The position numbers were made by a program, and so were the translations under genes. Shown one piece after another: positions 9,767-20,935 of a stretch of DNA of 64,000 bases. Origin of the DNA: Candidatus Uhrbacteria bacterium (GTDB lineage: Bacteria > Patescibacteriota > Patescibacteriia > JACQRZ01); the NCBI GenBank assembly GCA_016206155.1, contig JACQSC010000004.1, positions 75,699 through 139,698 of the forward strand, read 5' to 3'. The notes under the pieces were generated by a model. It ran no database searches and was not told where the DNA came from. It saw nothing but the letters and a program-made list of their open reading frames with translations. Every line of letters starts with the position of its first letter. The first letter of the stretch is position 1.

Positions 9767-9952
9767 AAATTCGGACTTGACATCATTTTCCCACAATATC
9801 AGAAACCATTGCGGTTTACAACAAAAGTCGGTATGATACGGGGAAAGCGGTATATGAGAGAATATACGTCAGCGGGAATTCGTGCATTAATAAAACGGGG
9901 TAGGATTTCACCACAATTGCGAAAAAGCGTCGACAACTTTTTAAAACATCCT

Positions 9953-11173
9953 ATGAAAAAACCAGACCGGATTACAGAGCTTCTGACACGCGGAGTGGCG
10001 GAGGTTATTGTGAAAGATGACCTAGAGGAAAAACTACGAAGCGGTAAAAAGCTCCGTGTAAAATTTGGGATTGATCCAACCTGGAATCTGCTTCATCTCG
10101 GTCACTCTGTCGCCCTTCTTAAGCTAAAAGAATTCCAAAATCTTGGACATACGGTTATATTCCTTATCGGTGACCATACTGCAGAAATCGGTGACCCGAG
10201 CGGACGCAGCAAAGAACGCACTCCGCTTTCACAAGATCAAATTAAAGAAAATATGGCGTCGTATCGTGAGCAGGCCGGGCACGTTATTGATTTTAAAAAA
10301 GTCGAGGTGCGCTACAACAGTGAATGGTACGACAGACTCGGGATCAGAGAATTTGCCGATCTCACATCGAAGATCACCATTCCTCAAATCCTCCAACGGG
10401 CGGATTTTAAAAAACGTCTCAAGGAGGGGGGTGACGTTTCAGCGCGCGAGGCATTCTATCCTCTTCTTCAGGGATATGATTCGGTCATGCTTAAAGCGGA
10501 CGTCGAGCTTGGGGGCACTGATCAAAAATTTAATCTCCTTATGGGGCGGCAAATTCAAAAACGTTACGGACAGAAGGAGCAAGATATTATCACCGTTGAA
10601 CTTCTTGAGGGAACCGACGGATCTGCGAAAATGAGCAAAACGGCTGATAATTTTATCGCCATAACCGAGAGCGCAGAAATAATGTATGGAAAGGTTATGT
10701 CTATTCCCGATTCACTCATTGGTAAATATTTTGTACTGACGACACGAGTACCCATGAATGAGGTGGGGGAAATAGAAGAGCAGATGAAAAAAAATACACT
10801 CAATCCGCGTGACGCGAAGATGCACCTTGCCCGCGAGATCGTCACGCTTTATCACGGTGCAAAAAAAGCAGGGCAGGCGGAAGAAAACTTTATTGCCCTG
10901 TTTCAAAAAAAGGAATTGCCCGATGACATGCCGACTATTAAACTCAAAAAGAAGGAATGGCCTATCGTTGATCTTATGGTGGAGACCAATCTTGCATCGA
11001 GTAAAAGCGAAGCGCGCCGTCTTATCGCACAGAAAGGGGTTGTGATGAGACGGCCCGGCGCACAGAGCGATACCGCCATGAATGATCCGGCACTGGTAAT
11101 TTTGCCCGAGGATATAGCGAAGGGATTTGTCATTAAGCGCGGTAAGCGTCACTTTGTTGCCATTACCTCATGA
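9953..11173 (+). CDS. tyrS: tyrosyl-tRNA synthetase
   Basis: GIDPT...HLGH, KMSKT and a C-terminal S4 domain. The track ORF begins inside the palindrome at 9752, so the start was moved to the Met giving the canonical N-terminus (MKKPDRITELLTRG). Confidence 0.88.
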   Translation: MKKPDRITELLTRGVAEVIVKDDLEEKLRSGKKLRVKFGIDPTWNLLHLGHSVALLKLKEFQNLGHTVIFLIGDHTAEIGDPSGRSKERTPLSQDQIKENMASYREQAGHVIDFKKVEVRYNSEWYDRLGIREFADLTSKITIPQILQRADFKKRLKEGGDVSAREAFYPLLQGYDSVMLKADVELGGTDQKFNLLMGRQIQKRYGQKEQDIITVELLEGTDGSAKMSKTADNFIAITESAEIMYGKVMSIPDSLIGKYFVLTTRVPMNEVGEIEEQMKKNTLNPRDAKMHLAREIVTLYHGAKKAGQAEENFIALFQKKELPDDMPTIKLKKKEWPIVDLMVETNLASSKSEARRLIAQKGVVMRRPGAQSDTAMNDPALVILPEDIAKGFVIKRGKRHFVAITS

Positions 11174-11246
11174 TCTGTGTCGCCAGAAAGTAACACCCTT
11201 GCTCATAAAAAAAATTGCTGATACGCTAACCGCAGATATCATCCAT

Positions 11247-11462
11247 ATGACATCATTGTTATTTTATGCCTATCTTATTCTTGTCGGTATCTGGCTGCTC
11301 ATGAGCCTGGTCGTATTTATCTTTACAGTTCGCCATCACCCGCTTTCGGTCACGAGCTGGGCGGTTGTCCTCCTCTATATTCTTATATCCTCCCAAATAG
11401 TTACCATCACGTTCACAGCACTGGGACGATACATCCCGTTACGCACCCTTCTTCAATTTTAA
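11247..11462 (+). CDS. small hydrophobic membrane protein (71 aa)
   Basis: Two predicted TM helices; start chosen to avoid overlap with tyrS. Confidence 0.3.
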   Translation: MTSLLFYAYLILVGIWLLMSLVVFIFTVRHHPLSVTSWAVVLLYILISSQIVTITFTALGRYIPLRTLLQF

Positions 11463-11465
11463 TCT

Positions 11466-11984
11466 ATGTCGCTCCTTGCTCCAAAAGAAGTAACCATCCT
11501 GCGCCTTCGAAGACATCCGCTTGTGTTCCTGAAAGAAATATCGATCTTTCTTTTTCTCATGATCGTCCCGCTTCTGGTTGTTTTTTTGCTAAACACAACC
11601 CACGTCCGCCTTCCCAACAATGGCGTTGTTCCTGTCCTCGTTATTCTCGGTGGCAGCATCTATTATCTCTACCTCGCGCTCTTTATCTTCTACAACTTTT
11701 TTGTTTTTTTTCTCGATCGCTGGGTTGTGACCAACAAGCACATCATTAACATCGAACAGCATACGATGTTTCACCGCACGATCTCAAAGCAAGAGCTGGA
11801 GCGCGTGCAAGATGTCACCGCAGAGATGAACGGACTCATGCAGACGCTCTTTAACTATGGCAACGTATCGATCCAGACTGCTGGTGAGCAAGAGCGCTTT
11901 CTTTTTCACGATGTCCCTGCGCCAAATTTTGTTGCCAATACGATCTTGCGCCTTGTCGATCAAACACGGAAAAAAGAAGTCTAG
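11466..11984 (+). CDS. membrane protein with bacterial PH-like (YdbT/DUF304-type) domain
   Basis: Two N-terminal TM helices followed by a soluble beta-rich domain, 172 aa. Confidence 0.55.
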   Translation: MSLLAPKEVTILRLRRHPLVFLKEISIFLFLMIVPLLVVFLLNTTHVRLPNNGVVPVLVILGGSIYYLYLALFIFYNFFVFFLDRWVVTNKHIINIEQHTMFHRTISKQELERVQDVTAEMNGLMQTLFNYGNVSIQTAGEQERFLFHDVPAPNFVANTILRLVDQTRKKEV

Positions 11985-12700
11985 ATCCAGCCCTTGGCTT
12001 GGAGTCCTTTCTGGGCCGCTGATACTTGAGCTTCTTGCTTGCTCGTTCCCTCACCTTTTGCAATCAATTCTTTCTCTAAAAATATGCCGACCGTAAAGCG
12101 CTTTGCATGGTCGGGTCCTGTTTCTTGCAGCACTTCGTAGCGAGGAGTAATTTTCATCTTTTCTTGCGCAAGCTCCTGAAATCGGCTCTTAGGATCAATG
12201 TCAAGCCCTTTTTCCAAGATCGTGGGCAGCTCTGGAAGGACAAAACGATGGATGAATTTCTCTGCGGTCTTGTATCCACGATCAAGATAGATCGCGCCAA
12301 TAAGCGCTTCAAATGCGTTTGTAACAATGTATTTCCGTGCCTTACTGCCCGCATCCTTGCCCTCACCGCGCGAAAGATAGAGCATTGGATCGAGGCCGAT
12401 TGATGACCCGATTTTACTCAGCATATCGCTGTTTACAAGGCTTGCGCGCCAGCTCGTCATCGATCCTTCCGGCGCATCAGGAAATGTGTGATAGAGATAA
12501 TCGGTTACAACCAACTCCAGCACCGCATCGCCCAAAAACTCCAGTCGTTCATTGTGGCCAAGGCGGAACGACGGATTCTCGTTGAGATACGAACGGTGTA
12601 CCACGGCCTGCCGAAGAAGGTCTTTATTCTTGAACCTAACTTTTATTTTCTTCTCAAGCGTTTCGAATTCTTTATCTTCCATAGTAAAACGAAGAATCAC
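11981..12700 (-). CDS. rnc: ribonuclease III
   Basis: ERLEFLGDAVLEL signature and a C-terminal dsRBD. Confidence 0.92.
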   Translation of the reverse strand: MILRFTMEDKEFETLEKKIKVRFKNKDLLRQAVVHRSYLNENPSFRLGHNERLEFLGDAVLELVVTDYLYHTFPDAPEGSMTSWRASLVNSDMLSKIGSSIGLDPMLYLSRGEGKDAGSKARKYIVTNAFEALIGAIYLDRGYKTAEKFIHRFVLPELPTILEKGLDIDPKSRFQELAQEKMKITPRYEVLQETGPDHAKRFTVGIFLEKELIAKGEGTSKQEAQVSAAQKGLQAKGWI

Positions 12701-12769
12701 GAATCATTAATTAAGAATCAGGGATTCTTTTTCTTAATTCTTGCTTCTTAATTCTTAATTCTTTTATGA

Positions 12770-13264
12770 TTAAGCTTTGTCATTTTGATTTTTTAATCTC
12801 CCCTTCTCCTCCTGCACTTTCTGCAATCGTTCTTCCTTCTCCGTGATCTGGGGGAGGATCTCTTTGTATAACGACCCAAGAACGCCGTTCACAAACTTTG
12901 AAGAAGCGGGACCACCATAGGCCTTTGCAAGCTCTATTGCCTCATTGATCGCAACGCGTGCCGGAATGTTTTCGTGAAAGAGAATTTCAAAAATGCCGAG
13001 GCGCAAAATATTACGATCAACGATCGTAATATTTTCAAGCGGCCATTCTGTTGCATACGTGGTAATATGGGCGTCGATTTCACTTTTTCGCGCTAGCACG
13101 CCACGGACAAGCTCCTCGGCAAATCCGTCATCATGGAAGTCTGGCGCAAACTCTTCAAAGTTGTAGCGAAGGACATCCGGCAATTTGTCTGTGCCATATT
13201 GGCGGAAGTCCAACTCAAAGAGCGTTTGAACCGCGATGGTTCTCGATAAGTACCGATGTGACAT
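12770..13264 (-). CDS. nusB: transcription antitermination factor NusB
   Basis: [13 protein letters not shown] and FVNGVLG motifs, 164 aa. Confidence 0.85.
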   Translation of the reverse strand: MSHRYLSRTIAVQTLFELDFRQYGTDKLPDVLRYNFEEFAPDFHDDGFAEELVRGVLARKSEIDAHITTYATEWPLENITIVDRNILRLGIFEILFHENIPARVAINEAIELAKAYGGPASSKFVNGVLGSLYKEILPQITEKEERLQKVQEEKGRLKNQNDKA

Positions 13265-13269
13265 TGCTA

Positions 13270-13470
13270 TTATTTCTTCTCCGCTTTTGTTCTTGCTTTT
13301 GGCGCAACAATTTCTCGCATTTTATAAGTGCCGCATGACACGCATACACGATGGGGCGCCATTGCCTTTTTACACTGCGGACACGCAACCAATACGCGCT
13401 TTTTCATCGCAAAGTGAGAGGCGCGACGACGCTTGGAGGAAGAAGAAAGTCGTTTTCCGGGAAGACCCAT
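13270..13470 (-). CDS. rpmF: 50S ribosomal protein L32 (zinc-ribbon type)
   Basis: 66 aa, basic N-terminus and CPQC...C..CG zinc ribbon. Confidence 0.85.
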   Translation of the reverse strand: MGLPGKRLSSSSKRRRASHFAMKKRVLVACPQCKKAMAPHRVCVSCGTYKMREIVAPKARTKAEKK

Positions 13471-13474
13471 AAGA

Positions 13475-13506
13475 ATAGGGTTTAGGGTTTAGTGTATAGG
13501 GAGTAG
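13475..13506. repeat. telomere-like TAGGGTTTAGGGTTTAG tract immediately upstream of the rpmF start
   Basis: AATAGGGTTTAGGGTTTAGTGTATAGGGAG; on the mRNA strand this reads CCCTAAACCCTAAACCCTATTCTTAT-ATG. Confidence 0.6.
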
Positions 13507-13595
13507 TCTAGCAAATTAGTGAATAAAGGCAAGCCCCGCCAGAAGTCTTATCGACCATTTACAGAGTTGATTGTTTATGCCACACTACTTTTAAC

Positions 13596-14132
13596 GTGGC
13601 AAGGGGTATGGTATCCTCAACCTATATGTCGACAATCAAAGATAAACGCGTTATCCAAAACATCATTCAACACACGGGGATCGCAAAGAACCCTTTGCGC
13701 ATTCGCGACCACATCCGCCGATTTGCCAAGGATGAATCGGAAAAAACGCGTCTTCTTAAAGATTATAATCGGCTTCTTCAGGAAAAGCCAACGACAAAGC
13801 ACGAACTGAGGGTGTTTCTTAAAGAGCTGGGCAACAAGGGAAAATTTCATATCACCGGCACCTATCTGCACACCATCGCACACAATCCCGATGACGTAAT
13901 GAAACATGCCGAGCGAACGGTGAGGGCAGAACGGCACAAAGAGGCGGCAGAACAAAGAATCCATGGGCGCGAACAAGAAAAACTTGAAAAGGAACAAGAA
14001 AAAGAGGAAATAGAGAAGGCAAAAAAGGCTGCCGAAATTAACGAAGTTACTCCCGCCCACCACGGACACGAACCCCAAACAAAAGAGGGCCGCGAACCTG
14101 TTGCGGCACACTACACAGACAAGGACGCTTAG
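13596..14132 (+). CDS. hypothetical Lys/Glu-rich protein
   Basis: 178 aa with a plausible charged coiled-coil C-terminus. The antisense ORF is Phe/Leu-rich low complexity. Start codon is uncertain (GTG 13596, ATG 13608 or 13626). Confidence 0.45.
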   Translation: MARGMVSSTYMSTIKDKRVIQNIIQHTGIAKNPLRIRDHIRRFAKDESEKTRLLKDYNRLLQEKPTTKHELRVFLKELGNKGKFHITGTYLHTIAHNPDDVMKHAERTVRAERHKEAAEQRIHGREQEKLEKEQEKEEIEKAKKAAEINEVTPAHHGHEPQTKEGREPVAAHYTDKDA

Positions 14133-14136
14133 GGTA

Positions 14137-16590
14137 TCACAACAGCGTCACCGTTGCAACAGTGTCTTTTTCTTCTTTGAAACGCATCACGCGTACACCT
14201 TGTGTCTGGCGCCCGAGAACTGGAACGTTCTTTAGCGCAATGCGAATCACCTGCCCGTTTGCAGACATAATCAACAGGTCTCCTGTTGCACCATCTGATA
14301 ACGCTGATGCATCTACCGCTCGAGCCATCACAATCGGTCCGGTCTTGTCTGTAATTTTTGCGGTTTTAATTCCAGAACCGCCCCTTCCTTGAGCTTTATA
14401 GCCCTTGAGAGGAGAGCGCTTGCCAAATCCGTTTTCCATGACGGTCAGAAGATCGGCGTTTTTCATCTCTGCGCCGACAATATCCATGCCGACAACGCTA
14501 TCGCCCCTCTTAAGACGAATGCCGCGCACGCCGGCAGCCGCGCGACCCATCGGACGAATATCTTTTTCTTTGAATCGAATCGCTTGCCCGCGAGCGCTCA
14601 CGAGCAACACCTCGTCCTTACCGGTCGTGGGCTTAACCCACTCGAGGAGATCGTCGCCCTTCAGCTTCACCGCTATAAGACCTGATCGCCGCACGTTTAC
14701 AAAATCCGCAATCTCGGTTTTTTTGATCAGTCCATGCGTCGTCACTGTCATGAGATATGAATACTTTGAGAGATCGGCAAGCGAAAGAACTGCGGATACT
14801 TTCTCGTTTGGGGACAGTGAGAGAAAGTTTACAATCGCCTGTCCCTTGGCTGTACGCGACGCAAGCGGCACATCGTATGCCTTCAACTGAAAGACGCGGC
14901 CCTTTGTGGTGAAGAAAAGGATGTCGTTATGCGTCATGCAGCTCATGATCTGATCAACGACATCTTCTTCCTTTGTCGTCAAGCCAATGATACCCTTACC
15001 GCCACGCGATTGCACCTTAAAGGTGTCAGGGGGGAGCCGCTTAATATATCCATCGCGCGTAATGACAACAAGAGCGGCTTCATTGGGAATAAGGTCTTCT
15101 TGTTTAAATGCATCGACACCGGTCTTGACGATATGTGTTCTTCGCTCATCGCCATACATTTCCCTGAGGTCTTCAATCTCCTTCCTTACCACGCCCATAA
15201 GTTTCTTTGGCGATGCAAGGATTGACTCAAGCTCCTTGATGAGTGCGCGCTTTTCGCGAAGCTCCTGCTCGATGCGCATGCGCTCAAGATTGGCGAGCTG
15301 AGAGAGCTTCATCTCGAGAATCGCAAGCGCCTGCCGCTCTGAGAGCTTAAATTTTTTCATCAAATTAACCTTTGCCTCATCCTTGTCTTTTGATTGCTTG
15401 ATTGTTTTAATAATGGCGTCAATTGATGCGAGCGCAATATGCAAGCCCTCCAAAATATGCGCGCGGTCCCTGGCGCGGCCAAGCTCATATTCGGTGCGTT
15501 TCACAACAACCTCTCTGCGGAATTTAATGAACTCCTCCAAAATGAGCTTCAGGGTCAATGTGCGCGGCTGGATACCGTCGACAAGCGCGAGGAGGTTCAC
15601 ATGAAAGGTGTCTTGGAGTTGCGTGTGCTTAAACAGTTGATTGAGAATCTTCTTGGGATAGGCATCTTTTTTTAATTCGATCACCGCGCGAATGCCCTCT
15701 TTACTGGACTCGTCGCGCAGATCTTTGATGCCCTCAATCTTTTTTTCGCGCACAAGATCCGCTATCTTCTCAAGCACATTTGCCTTGTTCACTTGGAAGG
15801 GGACTTCCGTAACGATGATAGCGTAGGATCCCTGCTTATTTTCAACGATCTCAGTTTTCGCGCGCATTACAATACCGCCTCGGCCCGTCGCGTATGCTTC
15901 TTTAATCGCTTTGGTGTCGTAGATGATGCCGCCGGTTGGGAAATCGGGTCCTTTGACGTGTTCCATGAGGTGATCAATAGAACAGTCAGTGCACTCGATC
16001 CGGTGAATAATCGCGTCGGACAACTCGGTGAGATTGTGCGGCGGAATGCTTGTCGCCATACCAACCGCGATACCGACGGTGCCATTCAGCAAGAGGTTTG
16101 GAAGAAGCGACGGAAAAACTGCCGGCTCCTTGTATACGCCATCGTAGTTTGGAACAAATGGTACGGTCTCCTTGTCAATATCGGCCAACAGTTCATCGGA
16201 AATTTTGTATAATTTTGCTTCAGTATAACGCATCGCGGCCGGAGAATCTCCGTCAATGGAACCCCAGTTGCCTTGACCGTGAACAAGCGGATAGCGCAAT
16301 GAAAAATCCTGCGCCATGCGTGCCATCGCGTCATACACCGCCGAGTCGCCGTGCGGATGGAATTTGCCCAATGTGTCGCCAACGACCGCCGCTGACTTGC
16401 GATATTTCGCGCCGGAGCGCAGGCCCATCTCCCACATCGCGTAAAGAATGCGGCGGTGCACGGGCTTGAGGCCGTCACGCACGTCGGGAAGCGCACGGCT
16501 AATAATGACTGACATCGCATAGTCGAGATACGACTCGCTCATCTCGTCGACAATGTTGCGCGGAATGATTGTTCCTTCATTTTTTTCCAT
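14137..16590 (-). CDS. gyrA: DNA gyrase subunit A
   Basis: [28 protein letters not shown], a catalytic Tyr region and a GyrA box QSRGGKG. Confidence 0.95.
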   Translation of the reverse strand: MEKNEGTIIPRNIVDEMSESYLDYAMSVIISRALPDVRDGLKPVHRRILYAMWEMGLRSGAKYRKSAAVVGDTLGKFHPHGDSAVYDAMARMAQDFSLRYPLVHGQGNWGSIDGDSPAAMRYTEAKLYKISDELLADIDKETVPFVPNYDGVYKEPAVFPSLLPNLLLNGTVGIAVGMATSIPPHNLTELSDAIIHRIECTDCSIDHLMEHVKGPDFPTGGIIYDTKAIKEAYATGRGGIVMRAKTEIVENKQGSYAIIVTEVPFQVNKANVLEKIADLVREKKIEGIKDLRDESSKEGIRAVIELKKDAYPKKILNQLFKHTQLQDTFHVNLLALVDGIQPRTLTLKLILEEFIKFRREVVVKRTEYELGRARDRAHILEGLHIALASIDAIIKTIKQSKDKDEAKVNLMKKFKLSERQALAILEMKLSQLANLERMRIEQELREKRALIKELESILASPKKLMGVVRKEIEDLREMYGDERRTHIVKTGVDAFKQEDLIPNEAALVVITRDGYIKRLPPDTFKVQSRGGKGIIGLTTKEEDVVDQIMSCMTHNDILFFTTKGRVFQLKAYDVPLASRTAKGQAIVNFLSLSPNEKVSAVLSLADLSKYSYLMTVTTHGLIKKTEIADFVNVRRSGLIAVKLKGDDLLEWVKPTTGKDEVLLVSARGQAIRFKEKDIRPMGRAAAGVRGIRLKRGDSVVGMDIVGAEMKNADLLTVMENGFGKRSPLKGYKAQGRGGSGIKTAKITDKTGPIVMARAVDASALSDGATGDLLIMSANGQVIRIALKNVPVLGRQTQGVRVMRFKEEKDTVATVTLL

Positions 16591-17107
16591 AGGATGTTTT
16601 CATGAGATCTTCTGAAACTTGCGTCTGACCCTCTTTGCAGGCGCCCGATTGGAACATTGTTTGCTCGCACTCGCTTCCGTCAGAAAAAATACAGACGTCA
16701 TAACCCCCATACTGCTGACTTGAGCGCGATTGGTGGAAACCCTTGCGCCCTTCGCAAAACGCGCGAGTTGTTATAGAAGAAGGTGGCGTTTCGATTGGCG
16801 CGACAACAGCAGGCGCGCTGTCTTCAGATTCAGAACCGTTGGACGCTCCATCGGCGTTTTGAGAGGACGGCTGTACGTTCGCCGGAAGCTGCTTCATGAG
16901 CGTTTCGAATGTTTTCTTGAGCTCATCAATTTGCGGCGTGACATTTTTTTCGAACTCTTGTGCGGATTCGCTAGACCTCGATCCGATTGAGTCTGCGAGC
17001 GTTCTCACGCTTTCGATAAAGCCGGGGAGCCAAAAAAGAAACACAACAAGAAAAATGCCAACGACAAGCGCCCAGAAAAGAATTGGTTTTTTATCCGTTT
17101 GTTGCAT
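16577..17107 (-). CDS. membrane-anchored DUF333-domain protein
   Basis: N-terminal TM helix and a C-terminal Cys-rich motif (AFCEGRKG...[24 protein letters not shown]) of DUF333 type. 14-nt overlap with gyrA. Confidence 0.55.
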   Translation of the reverse strand: MQQTDKKPILFWALVVGIFLVVFLFWLPGFIESVRTLADSIGSRSSESAQEFEKNVTPQIDELKKTFETLMKQLPANVQPSSQNADGASNGSESEDSAPAVVAPIETPPSSITTRAFCEGRKGFHQSRSSQQYGGYDVCIFSDGSECEQTMFQSGACKEGQTQVSEDLMKTSYGKK

Positions 17108-17109
17108 CG

Positions 17110-17787
17110 CTATATTGGATTGAGCATAATCACCTTTGTTTCTTGGGCCGGAAGATCTTTTTTGAGCACCTTTATCTTGTCCTCACGCTGAACATCCTTT
17201 ACTCCGTATTCCTTTAAAAAATCATCGGCCCCACGCAGGTCAGTTTTCACTCCAGCCAGCTTGTACATCATGGGAACAACAATGCGCGGCTCGACCTGGG
17301 TAATGACATCGATCGCCGTGCGTGGATCAAGCGATGCGCCCCCGCCAACAGGGAGAAGCAACACGTCAACTCTTCCCAATGCGTCAAGCTCATGCTCTGT
17401 CAGCGATCGGTCGAGCGTACCAAGGTGTCCGACATAAACATCGTCAATGCCAACAACATAAATCACGCATCCGGCATCGGAGCCTCTTTTCCCGCCCGCC
17501 TTCTTGGGGGCGTTGATGCCATACGCAAATACACCCTTTACCTCATATTCGCCTGGAGAGGTGATAAAGAACGGCGCGCTTCCTTCCTGCCTGCCGGCAG
17601 GCATGGCTCGAGACTTTACACTGAGCGCCGATGTTTTCACGGTTGGATCTGAGGAAAGCACGATGTCCGCCGATGGTCGAGGAAGGCGCCAGCCAGAATT
17701 CTGATCAAAAGGATCAAAAACAACAGAAACGTCCGACTGATTCCCCTGCGCTCGAAAGAAGGAGAGACCGTAGTATTGGAGGATCAT
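17110..17787 (-). CDS. MBL-fold metal-dependent hydrolase (UPF0173-like)
   Basis: 225 aa with a metallo-beta-lactamase-like pattern (DVLLLPVGG). Confidence 0.6.
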   Translation of the reverse strand: MILQYYGLSFFRAQGNQSDVSVVFDPFDQNSGWRLPRPSADIVLSSDPTVKTSALSVKSRAMPAGRQEGSAPFFITSPGEYEVKGVFAYGINAPKKAGGKRGSDAGCVIYVVGIDDVYVGHLGTLDRSLTEHELDALGRVDVLLLPVGGGASLDPRTAIDVITQVEPRIVVPMMYKLAGVKTDLRGADDFLKEYGVKDVQREDKIKVLKKDLPAQETKVIMLNPI

Positions 17788-17952
17788 GGAACTTTAAACT
17801 TTATGATTTCAACTTTCAACTTTGAGCTTAAGGACAGTATATCACTCAAACCGAAGATTTCAAGAGGGGGTTGTTGGGAAATTGACGCGCCGACTGGCTG
17901 CTGTTATTATTTGAAGAACGTTCAATGTATAAACCGGTATATCCATTGAAAT

Positions 17953-17978
17953 CCCTAAACCATGTACCCTAAAACCCT
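17953..17978. repeat. CCCTAAA-type tract immediately upstream of the 17979 start codon
   Basis: CCCTAAACCATGTACCCTAAAACCCT-ATG. Confidence 0.55.
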
Positions 17979-19283
17979 ATGAACATTACAATAATTGGAA
18001 CCGGTTATGTTGGTCTCGTCACTGGTGTTTGTTTTGCTGAATTGGGACATGCCGTCACCTGCCTTGACATCAACCAGGAAAAAATCGACGCGCTCAAAGA
18101 GGGTGAATGCGTCATATTTGAAGAAAATCTCGAGGGTTTGTTGAAAAACAATATCGCGAATGGCCGTCTTTCTTTTACAGCCGAGTACGAAAGCGCCATC
18201 CCAAAGGCCGATCTCGTCTTCATTTGTGTCCAAACGCCCTCCGGTGAATATGGCAAGGCAAACCTCTCGTATCTTTATGCAGCGGTCAGAGCGTGCGCAC
18301 AGCACCTGAACGGATATACGGTACTCATCAACAAATCAACAGCACCCGTCGGCACGGTCACCGCAATCAAGGAGCTCCTGAGAGAAATTGCTCCAGAAAA
18401 AAATTGCGACGTGGCCTCGAATCCGGAATTTCTTGCAGAGGGGGTTGCAATAAATGATTTTCTTGAGCCGGATCGTGTCATTGTCGGCGTTGACACCCCG
18501 CGAGCGGAGAGCGCTCTTCGCGAGGCCTACGCACCATTGATTTCCAAAGGGTATCCCTTTTTGGTTACGATTCCACAAAGTGCGGAGCTCATGAAGTATG
18601 CATCCAATTCGTTTCTTGCAATGAAACTTTCATTTATCAACGAAATTGCCGACTTCTGCGAACTGGTTGGCGCCGATGTTGAGGAGGTCGCGTACGGTAT
18701 GGGCCTTGATAAAAGAATCGGCACACGCTATTTGAAGGCAAGCATCGGATTTGGCGGAAGCTGTTTTGGCAAAGATGTGCGCGCGCTCGTCCATCGCGGA
18801 GAAGAGGAGGGATATGAATTCAAGATGGTAAAGGCTTTGATTGCCGTGAATACTGTCCGCTATCTCGTCGTCATGAACAAACTTGAAAAGCATCTTGGTC
18901 GCCTCAAAGGGAAGACGATCGCGGTCTTGGGCTTGGCATATAAAGCGGGAACCGACGATGTGCGCGACGCCCAGAGTTTGCGCATTATCTTTGAGCTGCT
19001 TGACCACTGTGCGCGAGTACGGGCAACCGATCCGGAGGCGACCGAGCAGTTCAAAAAAGACTTTGCGCGGGCAGATGAGGTTGCCTATTTTGACACAGCG
19101 CTTGAAGCTGCGCAAGGCGCCGATGCGACGCTCATTCTCACCGAATGGGACGAATACAGACAGTTGGATCTTGTAAAATTAAAAAGCGCCATGACAGGCG
19201 CCCTTATTGTCGACGGACGAAACATTCTCAACAGAAAAACCAGCGAGGCTGCGGGCTTTACGTACGAGGGGATTGGGAGGTAG
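17979..19283 (+). CDS. UDP-glucose/GDP-mannose dehydrogenase family enzyme (UDP-glucose 6-dehydrogenase-like)
   Basis: N-terminal GTGYVGL Rossmann motif and a catalytic GFGGSCFGKD cysteine region. Confidence 0.85.
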   Translation: MNITIIGTGYVGLVTGVCFAELGHAVTCLDINQEKIDALKEGECVIFEENLEGLLKNNIANGRLSFTAEYESAIPKADLVFICVQTPSGEYGKANLSYLYAAVRACAQHLNGYTVLINKSTAPVGTVTAIKELLREIAPEKNCDVASNPEFLAEGVAINDFLEPDRVIVGVDTPRAESALREAYAPLISKGYPFLVTIPQSAELMKYASNSFLAMKLSFINEIADFCELVGADVEEVAYGMGLDKRIGTRYLKASIGFGGSCFGKDVRALVHRGEEEGYEFKMVKALIAVNTVRYLVVMNKLEKHLGRLKGKTIAVLGLAYKAGTDDVRDAQSLRIIFELLDHCARVRATDPEATEQFKKDFARADEVAYFDTALEAAQGADATLILTEWDEYRQLDLVKLKSAMTGALIVDGRNILNRKTSEAAGFTYEGIGR

Positions 19284-19782
19284 ACTGCCGCTTCATTTCC
19301 CGCTCCTCTTCTTTTAATTTTTCAATCCATGCTGCTTCTTTTTCGGACCCTCCGAACTGCTCACGTATACGGTCTAGCGGATGGTCAGGATATAATGAAT
19401 CGAGACAGAGAAGAATGAAATTTTTTGATTTTTCAACACGCTGCTTCCATGTAAATTTTTGATTCCCAACATCTCTAAGAAGTTGTTCTGCATATTGATC
19501 AAGTTGAATATTTTTTTCTGGGCCCACAAATTTTTCCATGCGACCACTCATAACTGGCATGGTCGGAGCCATGATCCAGTTTGCAATTCCGTGCCGCAAC
19601 ACCGCCCGCCGCTCTTTTTCATCATCAGAAATATCATCAAAATCCTCTGCATCTTGCCCGCTCATGATCTTGTCAATGTCGGCAAGCACTTCGTCAAAGA
19701 GAAAGTAAAATTTATAATATTCACGTCCAAGTTTTTCTCGCTCTGCTTCTATTTTTAGATCTGGAATTTTCGGTTCCTGCAT
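19258..19782 (-). CDS. hypothetical acidic protein
   Basis: 174 aa ORF, tail-to-tail with the dehydrogenase. Confidence 0.45.
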   Translation of the reverse strand: MQEPKIPDLKIEAEREKLGREYYKFYFLFDEVLADIDKIMSGQDAEDFDDISDDEKERRAVLRHGIANWIMAPTMPVMSGRMEKFVGPEKNIQLDQYAEQLLRDVGNQKFTWKQRVEKSKNFILLCLDSLYPDHPLDRIREQFGGSEKEAAWIEKLKEEEREMKRQSTSQSPRT

Positions 19783-19784
19783 AG

Positions 19785-20855
19785 TTATTCTTTTTTTATT
19801 CCTAAAATCTCTTTGAGTTTCTCAACGTCGGTTCCGCCAGTTTGTTCATTTTTAATGTCGGGGTACAGCGCCAAAAATATTCTATCCACGAGGAGGTCGG
19901 CTCTATCAATGTATATCTTTGCCTGTGCCACAAGCCCGTCAATTTCGCGCTGGCTGTCGACGCCACCCTTCGCGGCATACTCTTCAATCATTGTTCTGAT
20001 CTTGCTCAAATATGCATCGATCGATTGGGCCTCCTTATAAAATTTGACGAATTCACCACCAAGCGCCTCGAGAATCTCTGTGCGACCTAAGATTCCGGCA
20101 AACCAGGTCCCCGTGAGTTTATTGCGAGATATTTGATATAACAGTATCTCCTCATCGCTTGCTTCCCTGCGTTCAATTTTTTTAAAAATGCGGTCAAGGT
20201 TTGTGTCGTTATCCTGACTGTCAAAATGCTTTTTCCAAAGCTCTTTTCGCAGGGCGCGGCGATCATCATGAGTCATTCCTTTTGCCGCGTCGGGAAAATA
20301 CCCCCACGCATATCGGTGACTATAAAGGGATTGAGCGTGCGGCAAAATGAGCTCCATTCGCTCCTCTTCTTCTGATGCGCCATGTAATCCACCTTCATCG
20401 GCGCCTTCCGTAAAATCCTGTTCGTGAGCGAGTTCATCCTCAACTTGAACGATTGATGTCGTACCGGGATGGAGCCGATAAAGAAACTCCTCGATAAACT
20501 TAACCACTCGCTTCACATCCGCTTGTTTTACGGCCTTCCCAGAACCAAGAACCTTCTCGATTTGATTAAGCTGATCGCTCGCCCAATCATAAAGACCATC
20601 CGGAAGAGACTCCCTCGTCATTCTCTCCCGAACGCCGGAGAAGAATGGTGCAATCATTTCCTCCACATTGATAGCTTCCTCTTCTGCCTGGGTCAACTTA
20701 TGTTCTTTTTCGGTAACTTGGAGCTCGTACTCCCACTGCCAATACGTCTCAAGAAGCTTGATTGCCAAAATTTTCTTCTCGCTGACGAGGTTTCTTTCGG
20801 GTGGTAAGTCAACTGATTGTGCAAAACCTCCTATCATGTGTTGTATTTCGTCCAT
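19785..20855 (-). CDS. hypothetical protein
   Basis: 356 aa ORF of coherent composition. Confidence 0.5.
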   Translation of the reverse strand: MDEIQHMIGGFAQSVDLPPERNLVSEKKILAIKLLETYWQWEYELQVTEKEHKLTQAEEEAINVEEMIAPFFSGVRERMTRESLPDGLYDWASDQLNQIEKVLGSGKAVKQADVKRVVKFIEEFLYRLHPGTTSIVQVEDELAHEQDFTEGADEGGLHGASEEEERMELILPHAQSLYSHRYAWGYFPDAAKGMTHDDRRALRKELWKKHFDSQDNDTNLDRIFKKIERREASDEEILLYQISRNKLTGTWFAGILGRTEILEALGGEFVKFYKEAQSIDAYLSKIRTMIEEYAAKGGVDSQREIDGLVAQAKIYIDRADLLVDRIFLALYPDIKNEQTGGTDVEKLKEILGIKKE

Positions 20856-20860
20856 AAGTT

Positions 20861-20935
20861 TGGTGGACCTGAGGGGAATCGAACCCCTAACTTGACTATG
20901 CCATAGTCATGTATTAACCATTATACTACAGGCCC
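20861..20935 (-). tRNA. tRNA-Ala, anticodon GGC, CCA encoded
   Basis: G3:U70 wobble pair (the Ala identity element), anticodon loop AUGGCAU, T arm AGGGGTTCGATTCCCCT and a 3' ACCA. Confidence 0.85.

Noticed and set aside
9752-9952. TTG-initiated N-terminal extension of tyrS
   Set aside because: Begins inside the AAAATGGTGTCA palindrome. The canonical TyrRS N-terminus starts at the Met at 9953.
13617-14111. 164-aa minus-strand ORF
   Set aside because: Phe/Leu-rich low-complexity antisense of a Lys/Glu-rich plus-strand ORF.
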